Positions 43,446 to 54,270 of a stretch of DNA of 64,000 bases are shown here, one piece after another. The position numbers and the translations under genes are program-made. How positions within the stretch are numbered: position 1 is the stretch's first letter; each line of letters opens with the position of its first letter. Origin of the DNA: Escherichia coli (GTDB taxonomy: Bacteria > Pseudomonadota > Gammaproteobacteria > Enterobacterales > Enterobacteriaceae). The notes under the pieces are model-generated. The model was not told where the DNA came from. It did not search any database and was given only the letters and a program-made list of their open reading frames with translations. The stretch lies in the NCBI RefSeq assembly GCF_965641715.1, contig NZ_OZ282453.1. One strand, given 5' to 3'.

Positions 43446-46400
43446 TCACACGCTGCGCCTTCGAGAATATTCATTTAATCGCTGATAACGAACATCTTGC
43501 TCCAGTTGTGGAGCAGCTTGAACAATTTGAAGCAAGCATTGCCCCAACTCTCGAGGCCCCCAGTGTTGTTCGGCAATCACGGCATTCAGCAGGGATAGAG
43601 CGTCCGCAGGATATCGGCTGCAAATATCTGATTCTAGCAAAAGGCGAACGTCGTAGCTAAGGTGTTCGAGCGGTTGCAGCCAGTCCTGCACCACTGCCAA
43701 AGCCGCCGGAAATTCACCTCGGGCAGCAATCACCATACGAGTCAACGATTCGGATATGCGTGGGGTGGCCAAGTTGCGGGACTTTGGCCAAACCTGTTGC
43801 CAAAATGGCTGGACACGATTTTTCCAATACTCCTCGCGCTGATCGCCCGCACCTTCAAGTGCCTGGTATAACGCCTGCGCGGCTACCTCCAGACCTTCTT
43901 GTGGAAGAGCACTAATTGCCGTTCGGAACTCCTCCACGGTATATCCCTCGGTAGGGCCCAGAGCTGCATAAGTCAGGAAAATAGCGAATTGCTGCCGGTG
44001 CTCGCCAAGATCAGAATAGTGATTGGCGCTCTCCAAAAAATCTGACTTGAAAGCTATCAGCAACGGTTCATACAGGCGTGGCGACCAGAGGAAGCCTTCC
44101 CACACAGCTTTTGCTTCGACGGGATTACTCCAAGCAAACAAGGGCAATAGATACTGTTCGGTCCAAGGTCGATCTACGCGAAAAAATGCGATCAGCCGCG
44201 ACCCCAGCAACACCCGACCATGGCGGAATAGCTCTATCTGTACATTACACAATTTGGTGAAAAGTGTTTTCAATTCAACAGGAAGCAAATCATTGTCATT
44301 CGGGTTCTGTTTGAACCATAGGGTGATCAGTGATTGCGTGACATGCCCAATGGGATGATTGATCGCCGTAGAAACAGGATCATAGGTCTCAATTCCGTTT
44401 CGAATGGTGCTAGACTCTGGGCTTGTTTCTATCATCAGAACCCGACGACAAAGGGCCAGTAGAATCTCCTCGTGGCAGAGGATGGTCTTCGAAGCCTCCT
44501 CCATCCACCAAGTGACAGCGTGGGAAATCTCCTGAAGTACTGCGTCAGGCATGTCAAGCACCAACGGTGCGGCGTACCGCCACGAACGCAAAATCATCCC
44601 TGGTTCAGCCCAAGTCTGCAGAGCTTCACGCCACCGACCAACAGGCCACACATCATCTTGTGATAGTTTACGTAACGCATACAGACTGTGAAAAAAGCGC
44701 GTACGGCAAACATCACTCCAAGTGTCCTCATAGAAAGGCAGTCTTTCTGGCATAGGCTTTGCGAGCCATTGCACTAATTCCTGCCACTTACGGGGCGCAA
44801 TGTCGACATCTATACTCTCCTCGAAGCCTGGATCACCGGTTCCGCTCATCCAGTGAGAGAATTCATCACGCTCGTTGGTTGCCAGTTGCCATTTTGGGTA
44901 TGCTGTGGATATTTCCGTCAAACGTGTAGCCGCAGACTCTCCCAAAACAAGGCCCGCTCCCCTGAGCTTCTCTAGACACAACCAGACGGAATGAGCCACC
45001 AAATAATGCCACCTGTCTGCTTCCAAATTATCCTCGTACATCTCGCGCGGAGGCCCTGCCAAGATAGCAGTTTCCAGACGCTCTTGTGCAATTCCTGTCA
45101 GATGTCGTCCCTGCAAAACAAACAGTCTGAATACCTCTCGCCGAGTATCCGTGGCCCACAACCACCATGAACCGTCCTCTAACAACCAATTAACCCACCG
45201 CTCAGGTGGTATGCAGTTGTCTTGGCTTGCGGCAAACAGTGCCAGACGTTTGAAGGTGGGATATGGCAACTCAAACCAATTCTGAGCAATGCGCGAGGCC
45301 TGATCGCTGTCTTTGGCTCGAACGGCTAACCATGAATCCCGAAGTAATTCAATCAGGCTCACCCAATCGCGGAACCCCCGGTTCTGCCAGTGCGGAGTGA
45401 TGGACGGCAAATCCCAATGCGAGCGGTCGTGACGATCGTCGGACTCTCCCAACTCCCGCAACAAGTCCAGTGCATCACGCAACAACTGCTGAAAATCTTC
45501 CAACAGGTATGGCAAGGACGATTTCCATGACTCGTCAGCAAGGTCGAACAGGGTTGAACGTACGTAATCAGCAGTCAGCACCAGCTCCCAATCCACCAAT
45601 TGCTTGATTCGCAAGGGTTCATCAGTGCTGCTCGAATCGTCTTCACTATAGCGAAACGGCCGCCTCAACATAACCTTGGGAGAAAGCAACTCGCGTAACT
45701 CCAAGCGCAATGTAGTCGTCAAGCCTTCATTCTTTAAGCGGTTTTGCCAACGATACAAATCCAGGTTCTGCAATGGCGATTTCACACGACCACTAAGCAG
45801 AAGCCGCCATAAAGTAGACATAGGTGGACCAGGAATAGCCAGGGGGGAATGCAAGAGAATTTCATCTAACTCAGAAGTCTTACGCTCCCGCATCAGTGCT
45901 GCTAAGCGATCTAGTTCGCTCTCAATCAGAAACATCCAACGGTCGTGTATTTGTCCGCCGCGTTCAGCAATCCATATGATCAACCTAGGGTCGCCCAGAT
46001 AACGAACTAGCCAACGGGCTATATGGGACATTACGTCATCCCATTTGCTAGCACTGACACATCCAGAAACCAGCGACATCTGCGGGGCCAGCTCATAGGG
46101 CGCAGGACGCTGAACCAGACTGAATCGGAGTTTCGGGTCAATTTCGACATGCGGAGATACACAAAAGCGTGGCAGATCGCTGTATTTAAATCGTTCGTCC
46201 GAGAAAGCTTTCAATAACCAATCCAGCGGCGGTGCAGGATTGAGTTCCGCAAAGCGTTTTGCTGGTAAACCTGATTTATCTGACAAGGCCCACAACATCC
46301 GACCAACGAAATCGTCCTGACGAGTGCTGTCCTGCGGGCGGGCCAGAGCATGTTTGACGACTATAGCCTCTTTGCCCTGTATACCATCTCGATAAGTATC

Positions 46401-47273
46401 TGCCCAAGCGTGCAACGTTTGATGCAGCACTGAATGATCAGTGGAGCTCGCCGGTACGGTGTAAAGGATAGGAGTGACCCCTTTGGCCTCCCACTCGATG
46501 GCTTTCCGGTGCTCCTGCCCCGGCTCACACTCCCCCAGTGCCCATACTTGTGGTGTGACTTCACCGAGCCTCCGATCTGCTGCAAGCGCATCCATCATGT
46601 AGCGCAGTACCGGGTCGTTGATGCTGTAGCCAACGAAGCAGACCACATAGTTACGAAATAACTCACTCACAAAGCGAGCTGCCCAACGCTCAGTGAGATA
46701 AGCCAAGCCAAAGTCACCGCTGGTAACAACCAGACGATTCAGGGCAGTATCATCCGCCTTTTCCGGTAACAGCCCATGCAGGTATACAAGTCCATCCCAG
46801 CGGCTGTTTTTTGGAATTGGCAGCATCGGCGCTACATAGGCCTGAAAAGCCTGGCCTGTACGTTTAGCTGCCACATGAAAGAGACGGTCAAAGTTGGTAG
46901 TGACCAATCGAAGGGCACCCTCGCGGCTACGGGCTAAACGTAACAGCGCCGCCTGAGTATCAATAGCGCCCCTACGACGGAGCTTTGGCTTAAGGGCTTT
47001 TTCCAACGCGCGTCGGACGGCTATACGCTGCCCTGGTAAGCGCCGTTCCAGCAAATCTAATGTGCCGTCAAATTGCCCACGCTCGAAAACCTCACGCTCA
47101 ATTTCTGAAAGTGTTGTTCCGTTCCTCTGGTAAATTAGTTCTACCAACCCTTTGAAACCAGGTAAACCAGCAGGGTAGGAAATGCCTGCTCCACAGAAGA
47201 ACACAACGCGCCCTTCCTCGTGCGCCTGCAAAAGCTCATCAGGAATATCAGGGCCGTTGGTAATGAATTGCAT
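43446..47273 (-). CDS. SIR2-domain protein, 1275 aa (defence-associated sirtuin-like; N-terminal SIR2 NADase domain + large C-terminal region)
   Basis: N-terminal VVFFCGAGISYPAGLPGF (GAGIS), LVTTNFDRLF and LVYLHGLL motifs; no P-loop seen; AGGAGG RBS. Confidence 0.8.
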   Translation of the reverse strand: MQFITNGPDIPDELLQAHEEGRVVFFCGAGISYPAGLPGFKGLVELIYQRNGTTLSEIEREVFERGQFDGTLDLLERRLPGQRIAVRRALEKALKPKLRRRGAIDTQAALLRLARSREGALRLVTTNFDRLFHVAAKRTGQAFQAYVAPMLPIPKNSRWDGLVYLHGLLPEKADDTALNRLVVTSGDFGLAYLTERWAARFVSELFRNYVVCFVGYSINDPVLRYMMDALAADRRLGEVTPQVWALGECEPGQEHRKAIEWEAKGVTPILYTVPASSTDHSVLHQTLHAWADTYRDGIQGKEAIVVKHALARPQDSTRQDDFVGRMLWALSDKSGLPAKRFAELNPAPPLDWLLKAFSDERFKYSDLPRFCVSPHVEIDPKLRFSLVQRPAPYELAPQMSLVSGCVSASKWDDVMSHIARWLVRYLGDPRLIIWIAERGGQIHDRWMFLIESELDRLAALMRERKTSELDEILLHSPLAIPGPPMSTLWRLLLSGRVKSPLQNLDLYRWQNRLKNEGLTTTLRLELRELLSPKVMLRRPFRYSEDDSSSTDEPLRIKQLVDWELVLTADYVRSTLFDLADESWKSSLPYLLEDFQQLLRDALDLLRELGESDDRHDRSHWDLPSITPHWQNRGFRDWVSLIELLRDSWLAVRAKDSDQASRIAQNWFELPYPTFKRLALFAASQDNCIPPERWVNWLLEDGSWWLWATDTRREVFRLFVLQGRHLTGIAQERLETAILAGPPREMYEDNLEADRWHYLVAHSVWLCLEKLRGAGLVLGESAATRLTEISTAYPKWQLATNERDEFSHWMSGTGDPGFEESIDVDIAPRKWQELVQWLAKPMPERLPFYEDTWSDVCRTRFFHSLYALRKLSQDDVWPVGRWREALQTWAEPGMILRSWRYAAPLVLDMPDAVLQEISHAVTWWMEEASKTILCHEEILLALCRRVLMIETSPESSTIRNGIETYDPVSTAINHPIGHVTQSLITLWFKQNPNDNDLLPVELKTLFTKLCNVQIELFRHGRVLLGSRLIAFFRVDRPWTEQYLLPLFAWSNPVEAKAVWEGFLWSPRLYEPLLIAFKSDFLESANHYSDLGEHRQQFAIFLTYAALGPTEGYTVEEFRTAISALPQEGLEVAAQALYQALEGAGDQREEYWKNRVQPFWQQVWPKSRNLATPRISESLTRMVIAARGEFPAALAVVQDWLQPLEHLSYDVRLLLESDICSRYPADALSLLNAVIAEQHWGPRELGQCLLQIVQAAPQLEQDVRYQRLNEYSRRRSV

Positions 47274-47455
47274 TCCTTTTCCTCCTATCCAATGTGCACG
47301 TTCATTCGAGTAAATGAAGGCAAGGGGTTACATCTTATTATACCGACCGTGCAAATCCGGCTTCCTAGCAAGCTACTTTACTTGCCAACTCATAATGTCC
47401 GAACTCCGAACAAAGCGGACTGCTAGATTTGATTGCGTTCTAGCTACGCAAAATA

Positions 47456-48679
47456 TCATTTCGAGCCTGAACGAGTACAAGTAACAATCGATTCAACTCT
47501 CTCCCACCATGCCTGGTAGGCTTTACGCTGTTCTTCTAGATAATCACTCTTGTCATAAACTTGCCATACACCTGGCAGTTTATGACCGAGCATTATTTCA
47601 GCAATATGAGGCGCAGTAAGATCAGAAAAGTTTGTTCGTGCTGTTCGTCTCAAATCATGAAGAGACCAATGAGGAAATTGATACCCCAAACGCCGCCATG
47701 CGTACTGCATTAAATTGTAAGGCAGCGACTGCAATGATGTCCGACCAACTGGTTCCCTGCTTCCTTCCTTAGTAAAAAGCATATCGGAACCGTTGTTCAT
47801 AGAGATAACGTATTTTATAAGCTCTTCAACCGGTTCAATAATGGGCCGCTTTAGCGGTTTGCCTGTTATATCCCCTGTCTTATGTCGTTCTGGTGGTACA
47901 GTCCATATTTTATTAATGAAATCAAAATCGTCCACCTTGGCAGTAATTAGCTCTGAACTACGGCAACCAAAATGCAGCAATAGTTTAATGAAGGCCCGGT
48001 ATTTAGGAACCATTCGAGAACCATCGATCGCAGCATAAAGGATTTTAATTTCATCATGTGTCAGAAACCGTTTCTTCTGACCTTTACGGATATCCATATC
48101 TTTACCCGTGATATCCGACAGCGGGCGAGTTTCAATGAGCTTTCTCTTATACGCCCAGACATGGGCCTGCTTTGCGTTAATTAGCAATCGGTCTGCTATT
48201 GCTGGAGTCTTAGTGCTAAGAGGCTCCAGGACTTCTAACCAATCATGCAATGTAGCTGCATCGTGAGGGATATTCCCGATTTTAGAGAACAGGTGCAGCT
48301 CAAACGAGCGGAGTATCTGTTCAGAACCTTTTTTATTTTTTACACAATATGCTTCATACCAAGCACGGATCACAGATTCTACCGTCATGGCTTCAGTAGC
48401 TTTACGTTTTTCTGCCAGCTTGACCAATCGTGGATTGCGGTTTGACTCGAGTTCACCACGAAGACGGATAACTTCTTCTCTGGCCTCTTTTAGTCCAGTT
48501 GCCGGGTAAGTTCCGATATCAAGACGCTCACCTTTCCCCGCCCACTGATAACGATATTGGAACACTACGCGACCTTTCGGTGATACTCTAACAGACAGAC
48601 CATCACGATCGGATTTAACCAAAACCTTATCACGTTCCTTTCCAACGACTGAACGCAACCACGCATCAGACAGCGCCAT
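47456..48679 (-). CDS. int: Tyrosine recombinase / phage integrase (P4-type)
   Basis: 407 aa; C-terminal catalytic region with HDLRRT and LGHKL...Y motifs; adjacent to host yjjG. Confidence 0.9.
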   Translation of the reverse strand: MALSDAWLRSVVGKERDKVLVKSDRDGLSVRVSPKGRVVFQYRYQWAGKGERLDIGTYPATGLKEAREEVIRLRGELESNRNPRLVKLAEKRKATEAMTVESVIRAWYEAYCVKNKKGSEQILRSFELHLFSKIGNIPHDAATLHDWLEVLEPLSTKTPAIADRLLINAKQAHVWAYKRKLIETRPLSDITGKDMDIRKGQKKRFLTHDEIKILYAAIDGSRMVPKYRAFIKLLLHFGCRSSELITAKVDDFDFINKIWTVPPERHKTGDITGKPLKRPIIEPVEELIKYVISMNNGSDMLFTKEGSREPVGRTSLQSLPYNLMQYAWRRLGYQFPHWSLHDLRRTARTNFSDLTAPHIAEIMLGHKLPGVWQVYDKSDYLEEQRKAYQAWWERVESIVTCTRSGSK

Positions 48680-48687
48680 TACTCACC

Positions 48688-48745
48688 TTGTACAAATAAC
48701 AAAAAACCTCTGCTGTTTTGTACATTATGTACAAGCACATGTACA
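48688..48745. promoter_or_regulatory. Four TGTACA palindromic hexamers upstream of int (possible operator or arm-type sites)
   Basis: TGTACA at 48689, 48719, 48728 and 48740 in the AT-rich int promoter region. Confidence 0.35.
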
Positions 48746-49064
48746 GATTTTTGATGAAAGTAACCTGATCAATTTAAAGTTACATGAAAGAATTTTCAAT
48801 CAAAGAAATCACATAACATCATGTTATTAAATGAGTTATATAATTATTACTCAATTAATTGAAAGGATTTTGAAAGAGTAAAAGAGCTTTTATTTGGGCT
48901 TAATTATTGGGGTGAGAAATAATGGCAAAAGTGCGGCGCTTCGCCACCTCTTGCAAATAAGGAGACAACGTCATAATTCTTTCTTCTTGAGTAAGCGGCA
49001 TCGCGCCGCGCTTGTTGAAAACGAAAAATTGCGGCTATTTTACCCATCAACGGGGGGGAGGCAA

Positions 49065-49742
49065 TCAGTGTTTACACAGGAGCTGCTCCAGTTCGTGCAA
49101 CGAAGAAACGGTCCAGGTGGGCGCGATGCCTTCTGGTTGCTCGCGATTGTGCGCATTCAGCCAGCAGGTCGCAAGCCCGGCGTTGATGCCACCGAGAATA
49201 TCGGACTCGGCAGTGTCGCCAACCATCAGCACGCGTGAACGGTCAGGATTGCCCGCCTGTTCCAGCGCATAATCGAAAATTTTCTTATTCGGTTTGGCAA
49301 CGCCAACTTCTTCGGAAATCACCAGCAAATCGAAGTAATCACGCAGGCCCGTCCGTTCCAGACGCACTTGCTGCAAGGCACTAAAACCGTTGGTGATGAT
49401 GCCGATTTTGGCGTTGCCACGAATGGCGTTAAGCAGAGAAACCGCGCCCGGCAGCGGCGTGCAGATTTCCGCCATCGCATTAATAAAGGCTTCGTTGAGT
49501 TTACCCGGCTCGACGTTCAGCCGTTCGGCCCAGCTCTCAAACCGCCCGTGCTGAAGCTGTAATGAAGTGATCGCGCCGTTTTGATAATCCACCCACAGTG
49601 GCTTGTTAACGGCCTGATAGTCCTGAAAATCTTCAGCGGTAAAGGTGACGCTGTAATCAAGAAACATCCGCTGCAGGCCGGTGAATGAGTCAAAGGTAAA
49701 CAGCGTTTCATCGGCATCAAAGAAAATCCAGTCCCACTTCAT
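49065..49742 (-). CDS. yjjG: Pyrimidine 5'-nucleotidase YjjG (HAD family)
   Basis: 225 aa starting [15 protein letters not shown]. Confidence 0.95.
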   Translation of the reverse strand: MKWDWIFFDADETLFTFDSFTGLQRMFLDYSVTFTAEDFQDYQAVNKPLWVDYQNGAITSLQLQHGRFESWAERLNVEPGKLNEAFINAMAEICTPLPGAVSLLNAIRGNAKIGIITNGFSALQQVRLERTGLRDYFDLLVISEEVGVAKPNKKIFDYALEQAGNPDRSRVLMVGDTAESDILGGINAGLATCWLNAHNREQPEGIAPTWTVSSLHELEQLLCKH

Positions 49743-49756
49743 TATTCCACCTTGTC

Positions 49757-50203
49757 TTACATACTGATTGGCAACGCCATGATGATGGCGTCTTCGCGAC
49801 CGTCCGTGGTGGGGTAGTAATTGCGGCGAATCGTCGCCTCGTTAAAGCCTAAACTTTCGTACAGGGCAATGGCGGCAGCATTTGAGGCACGGACTTCCAG
49901 CCATAGTGTCGCCACGCCGCGTTTTTCCAGTTCGTCGATCAGATGTTCCAGTAGCGCCCTTCCCAATCCCTGACGCTGATAGTCAGGATCGACCGCAATA
50001 TTGAACAATGTAGCTTCATCCAGCACCACTTGCGTAATCGCAAACGCCGCCATTTTGCCGTTTTGCGTTAACTGAAAGTTGAGATAACGCTCGCCCTGGT
50101 TGCTGGCAAAGGTTTTTTCACTCCACGGAAAGGCGTGGGCGCGTTGTTCAATGTGGTAAGCCGCTGGTAAATCAGTCGTTTCGAGGGAAGAAATCGTGTT
50201 CAT
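49757..50203 (-). CDS. rimI: Ribosomal protein S18 alanine N-acetyltransferase RimI
   Basis: 148 aa GNAT with [13 protein letters not shown] motif. Confidence 0.95.
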   Translation of the reverse strand: MNTISSLETTDLPAAYHIEQRAHAFPWSEKTFASNQGERYLNFQLTQNGKMAAFAITQVVLDEATLFNIAVDPDYQRQGLGRALLEHLIDELEKRGVATLWLEVRASNAAAIALYESLGFNEATIRRNYYPTTDGREDAIIMALPISM

Positions 50204-50585
50204 ATGTGCAAATTTGTTGCCATAACGCGGCGCGTGCCGTTGGGTTTGCCCGTAAATCGGTGAGCGCCGGTGATGCCACCTGAGCGCCTTCCAGTGATAG
50301 CGGTTCGTCAGTACCCAACCGCCAGCTGTTGCAGCGACTGCCTTGCGGCAGCATCGCGATTTTTTCTGGCGTCAGTTGCAGCACCTGGTCGGGGCTGACG
50401 GTTAATGCGCGCAGAACATCGCTCACTAAAGGATCAGTCAGGGCGGGAAGATCGTTTGCCACCATCACCAGACGGACGTGTGCCGGGATCGCAATGGCAA
50501 TCTCCCCCTGCAACGCGCCAGGGCGACGCAGCGACCACTGGGTAATGCCCAGTTGCTGTAACTGCCAGTCTCGTCGGGATGTCAT
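50172..50585 (-). CDS. holD: DNA polymerase III psi subunit HolD
   Basis: 137 aa starting MTSRRDWQLQQLGITQW. Confidence 0.95.
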   Translation of the reverse strand: MTSRRDWQLQQLGITQWSLRRPGALQGEIAIAIPAHVRLVMVANDLPALTDPLVSDVLRALTVSPDQVLQLTPEKIAMLPQGSRCNSWRLGTDEPLSLEGAQVASPALTDLRANPTARAALWQQICTYEHDFFPRND

Positions 50586-50687
50586 AGCGAATCGCTCCTG
50601 TTGTCAGGGGCGCAAATATAGCAAATTCGTCGATACCGCGCCAACATATGGCTATAATCGCCGCCAGTATCAATTGAGGAGCATTCC

Positions 50688-51719
50688 ATGTCTGCATTTA
50701 CCCCGGCAAGTGAAGTCTTGCTGCGTCACAGTGATGATTTCGAACAAAGCCGTATTCTGTTTGCCGGAGACTTACAGGATGACCTGCCCGCGCGTTTAGA
50801 TACCGCGGCCAGCCGTGCTCATACCCAGCAATTCCACCACTGGCAGGTATTAAGCCGCCAGATGGGGGATAACGCCCGTTTCAGTCTGGTCGCTACGGCG
50901 GATGACGTCGCAGATTGCGATACTTTGATTTACTACTGGCCGAAGAACAAACCGGAAGCCCAGTTCCAGTTGATGAATTTACTTTCTCTGCTGCCAGTGG
51001 GGACAGATATTTTTGTCGTTGGCGAGAACCGCAGCGGCGTGCGCAGCGCCGAGCAGATGCTGGCAGATTATGCGCCGTTGAATAAAGTCGACAGCGCTCG
51101 TCGCTGTGGACTCTATTTTGGTCGTCTGGAAAAACAGCCAGTATTTGATGCGGAGAAATTCTGGGGCGAATACAGCGTCGATGGCCTGACGGTCAAAACG
51201 CTGCCTGGCGTGTTTAGCCGCGACGGTCTGGATGTCGGTAGCCAGTTGCTGCTCTCGACGTTAACTCCGCACACGAAAGGTAAAGTGCTGGATGTCGGCT
51301 GTGGCGCGGGTGTGCTTTCAGTTGCCTTTGCGCGCCATTCGCCGAAAATTCGTCTCACCTTGTGCGATGTCTCTGCCCCGGCGGTAGAAGCCAGCCGCGC
51401 AACACTTGCGGCCAACGGTGTTGAAGGTGAAGTCTTTGCCAGCAACGTCTTTTCCGAGGTGAAAGGTCGTTTTGATATGATCATCTCCAACCCGCCGTTC
51501 CACGATGGGATGCAAACCAGCCTGGATGCGGCGCAAACGCTGATTCGCGGCGCGGTGCGTCATCTTAATAGCGGCGGCGAGCTGCGAATTGTAGCGAACG
51601 CCTTCCTGCCTTACCCGGACGTGCTGGATGAGACATTTGGCTTCCACGAAGTGATCGCGCAAACAGGGCGATTCAAGGTATATCGCGCCATTATGACCCG
51701 CCAGGCGAAGAAAGGTTAA
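50688..51719 (+). CDS. rsmC: 16S rRNA m2G1207 methyltransferase RsmC
   Basis: 343 aa with [11 protein letters not shown] and NPPFH motifs. Confidence 0.95.
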   Translation: MSAFTPASEVLLRHSDDFEQSRILFAGDLQDDLPARLDTAASRAHTQQFHHWQVLSRQMGDNARFSLVATADDVADCDTLIYYWPKNKPEAQFQLMNLLSLLPVGTDIFVVGENRSGVRSAEQMLADYAPLNKVDSARRCGLYFGRLEKQPVFDAEKFWGEYSVDGLTVKTLPGVFSRDGLDVGSQLLLSTLTPHTKGKVLDVGCGAGVLSVAFARHSPKIRLTLCDVSAPAVEASRATLAANGVEGEVFASNVFSEVKGRFDMIISNPPFHDGMQTSLDAAQTLIRGAVRHLNSGGELRIVANAFLPYPDVLDETFGFHEVIAQTGRFKVYRAIMTRQAKKG

Positions 51720-51724
51720 GTATC

Positions 51725-51905
<181 letters not shown>

Positions 51906-52028
51906 TAGTCTCCTGATGGACATTTTTCCAGCAATTACACATCAGGCGATAATTAACTATTGACGAAAAGCTGAAAACCACTAGAATGCGCCTCCGTGGT
52001 AGCAATTCTTTTTAAGAATTGATGGTAT

Positions 52029-52115
52029 GCGAAGGTGGCGGAATTGGTAGACGCGCTAGCTTCAGGTGTTAGTGTCCTTACGGACGTGGGGGTTCAAGTC
52101 CCCCCCCTCGCACCA
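52029..52115 (+). tRNA. leuQ: tRNA-Leu (CAG)
   Basis: GCGAAGGTGGCGGAATTGGTAGACGCG...GGTTCAAGTCCCCCCCCTCGCACCA, 87 nt, first of three tandem copies. Confidence 0.95.
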
Positions 52116-52143
52116 AAAACCACGTTGATATTGCTCGCACTGG

Positions 52144-52230
52144 GCGAAGGTGGCGGAATTGGTAGACGCGCTAGCTTCAGGTGTTAGTGTTCTTACGGAC
52201 GTGGGGGTTCAAGTCCCCCCCCTCGCACCA
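52144..52230 (+). tRNA. leuP: tRNA-Leu (CAG)
   Basis: Second tandem copy, one nucleotide different in the variable arm. Confidence 0.95.
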
Positions 52231-52264
52231 AACGAGGCGATATCAAAAAAAGTAAGATGACTGT

Positions 52265-52351
52265 GCGAAGGTGGCGGAATTGGTAGACGCGCTAGCTTCA
52301 GGTGTTAGTGTCCTTACGGACGTGGGGGTTCAAGTCCCCCCCCTCGCACCA
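52265..52351 (+). tRNA. leuV: tRNA-Leu (CAG)
   Basis: Third tandem copy. Confidence 0.95.
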
Positions 52352-52389
52352 ATTATCTTTACTTCCTTTCTTGTTTCTTCCCTGTTTTG

Positions 52390-52626
52390 TCATCCCTGAT
52401 TCAAATTCATTATCATCAGCATGATGCCAGCAATAAGCGCCAGGCACGATGGTAGCAAAATGTAATGCCGCAACTGTTTGTGATACAGCATCACCGGCGT
52501 CAATACTAATCCCATCAGAATGACAATCCGCCACTGATCCGGCGATAAATCCGCATACATCAGCCCTGCAATCAGCAATCCCGGCAGCAACACTCCCCAG
52601 CCACTGCCCAGCGTACGTTGCAACAT
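52390..52626 (-). CDS. yjjZ: Small inner membrane protein YjjZ (DUF1435)
   Basis: 78 aa from MLQRTLGSGWGVLLPG. Confidence 0.8.
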   Translation of the reverse strand: MLQRTLGSGWGVLLPGLLIAGLMYADLSPDQWRIVILMGLVLTPVMLYHKQLRHYILLPSCLALIAGIMLMIMNLNQG

Positions 52627-52766
52627 GGTTTCATCTCTTTCATTGATAATGATAACCAATATCATATGATAATTTTTATCATTTGCAAGCCAGAGAAATC
52701 CCTTGCTATCGGGTAAACCTATCGCTAGGATTAGCAATCATTATCATTTAGATTACTATCCCGATT

Positions 52767-53555
52767 ATGGCCTATCGTTCCGCACCGCTCTATGAAGATG
52801 TCATCTGGCGAACACATCTCCAGCCGCAGGATGCTGGGCTTGCACAAGCCGTACGGGCGATGATCGCCGAACATCGTGAACATTTGCTCGAGTTTATCCG
52901 CCTGGATGAACCCGCTCCGCTTAACGCCATGACGCTGGCGCAATGGTCATCACCGAATGCGCTAAGTTCTCTACTCGCGGTCTATTCCGATCATATCTAT
53001 CGCAACCAACCAACGATGATCCGCGAGAACAAACCGCTGATCTCACTATGGGCACAATGGTATATCGGCCTGATGGTGCCACCATTAATGCTGGCGCTAC
53101 TGACGCAGGAAAAAGCATTAGATGTGTCGCCGGAACATTTCCATGCTGAGTTTCACGAAACCGGACGCGTCGCCTGTTTCTGGGTCGATGTGTGTGAAGA
53201 TAAAAACGCAACACCACATTCGCCGCAGCAGCGAATGGAAACGTTAATCAGCCAGGCGCTGGTTCCGGTTGTGCAAGCACTAGAAGCGACCGGAGAGATC
53301 AACGGCAAACTTATCTGGAGTAATACCGGTTATTTGATCAACTGGTATCTCACTGAGATGAAGCAACTGCTCGGCGAGGCTACTGTTGAATCGCTGCGCC
53401 ATGCCCTCTTTTTTGAGAAAACGCTCACGAACGGTGAAGATAATCCACTCTGGCGTACCGTGGTACTGCGCGACGGCCTGCTGGTGCGCCGCACTTGCTG
53501 CCAGCGTTATCGCTTACCGGATGTGCAGCAATGTGGCGATTGTACGCTGAAATGA
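52767..53555 (+). CDS. fhuF: Ferric-siderophore reductase FhuF
   Basis: 262 aa with C-terminal Cys cluster (CCQRYRLPDVQQCGDCTL). Confidence 0.95.
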   Translation: MAYRSAPLYEDVIWRTHLQPQDAGLAQAVRAMIAEHREHLLEFIRLDEPAPLNAMTLAQWSSPNALSSLLAVYSDHIYRNQPTMIRENKPLISLWAQWYIGLMVPPLMLALLTQEKALDVSPEHFHAEFHETGRVACFWVDVCEDKNATPHSPQQRMETLISQALVPVVQALEATGEINGKLIWSNTGYLINWYLTEMKQLLGEATVESLRHALFFEKTLTNGEDNPLWRTVVLRDGLLVRRTCCQRYRLPDVQQCGDCTLK

Positions 53556-53592
53556 AAGCACTGCCGGGGAAGTAAACCCGGCATCATGCGGA

Positions 53593-54270
53593 TTAATAGG
53601 GATGCAACACATTACTTGCTTCGCAATGCCGCATACATAACAGAATATCTGCGGCCTCCAACAACCCTGCGTCAGAACTGACGCCCAGTTTCGACATCAC
53701 ATTAAATTTATGTGCACGGATCGTTTTGATATTGCGTTTAAGCTGCTCGGCAATTTGTGTCATTGAGTAGCCACGTGACATAAAGCGCAATATTTCTCTC
53801 TCCGTCGGGCTTAGCGTCCGGCTTTGGTTAATGTACCACTGATTGTTCAGTCGGTCGGTCGCCTGACGTACACCATTTAATGACAAAAAGAGTTCCTGAT
53901 GAAAAATCTCCAGCGTTGACGCTTTACTTAATACACCGTCCAGCGGTGATGGCGACAATGAACCAATCAGCCGAGCTTCAATATCATCATCCGCAATAAC
54001 TAAACGCCGGGTACGCGGAAACTTAATCGCCAGTTCAGTCAGGCAAGATAATCCCTCTCTGCGCTCACTTCTCATGGCAGAAAAAGAAAAAATGACCGCC
54101 GCAAACGAGATCCGCGACATGGCATCCTGAAATGACTCCTGACTGGTATAGGTATGGAGCTTATAAGGGTTACCCGCAAACTTTCTGAATAAACTCTCAA
54201 TACCGATACTACTCATGACGCATTTTTCTATGAGTGCGACATTTCTCTTCTTAATTCGGCTGTGTTCCAT
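53593..54270 (-). CDS. bglJ: LuxR-family transcriptional regulator BglJ
   Basis: 225 aa with C-terminal LuxR HTH. Confidence 0.9.

Noticed and set aside
44023-46661. Several 60-111-aa plus-strand ORFs
   Set aside because: Antisense within the SIR2-domain gene; no start context
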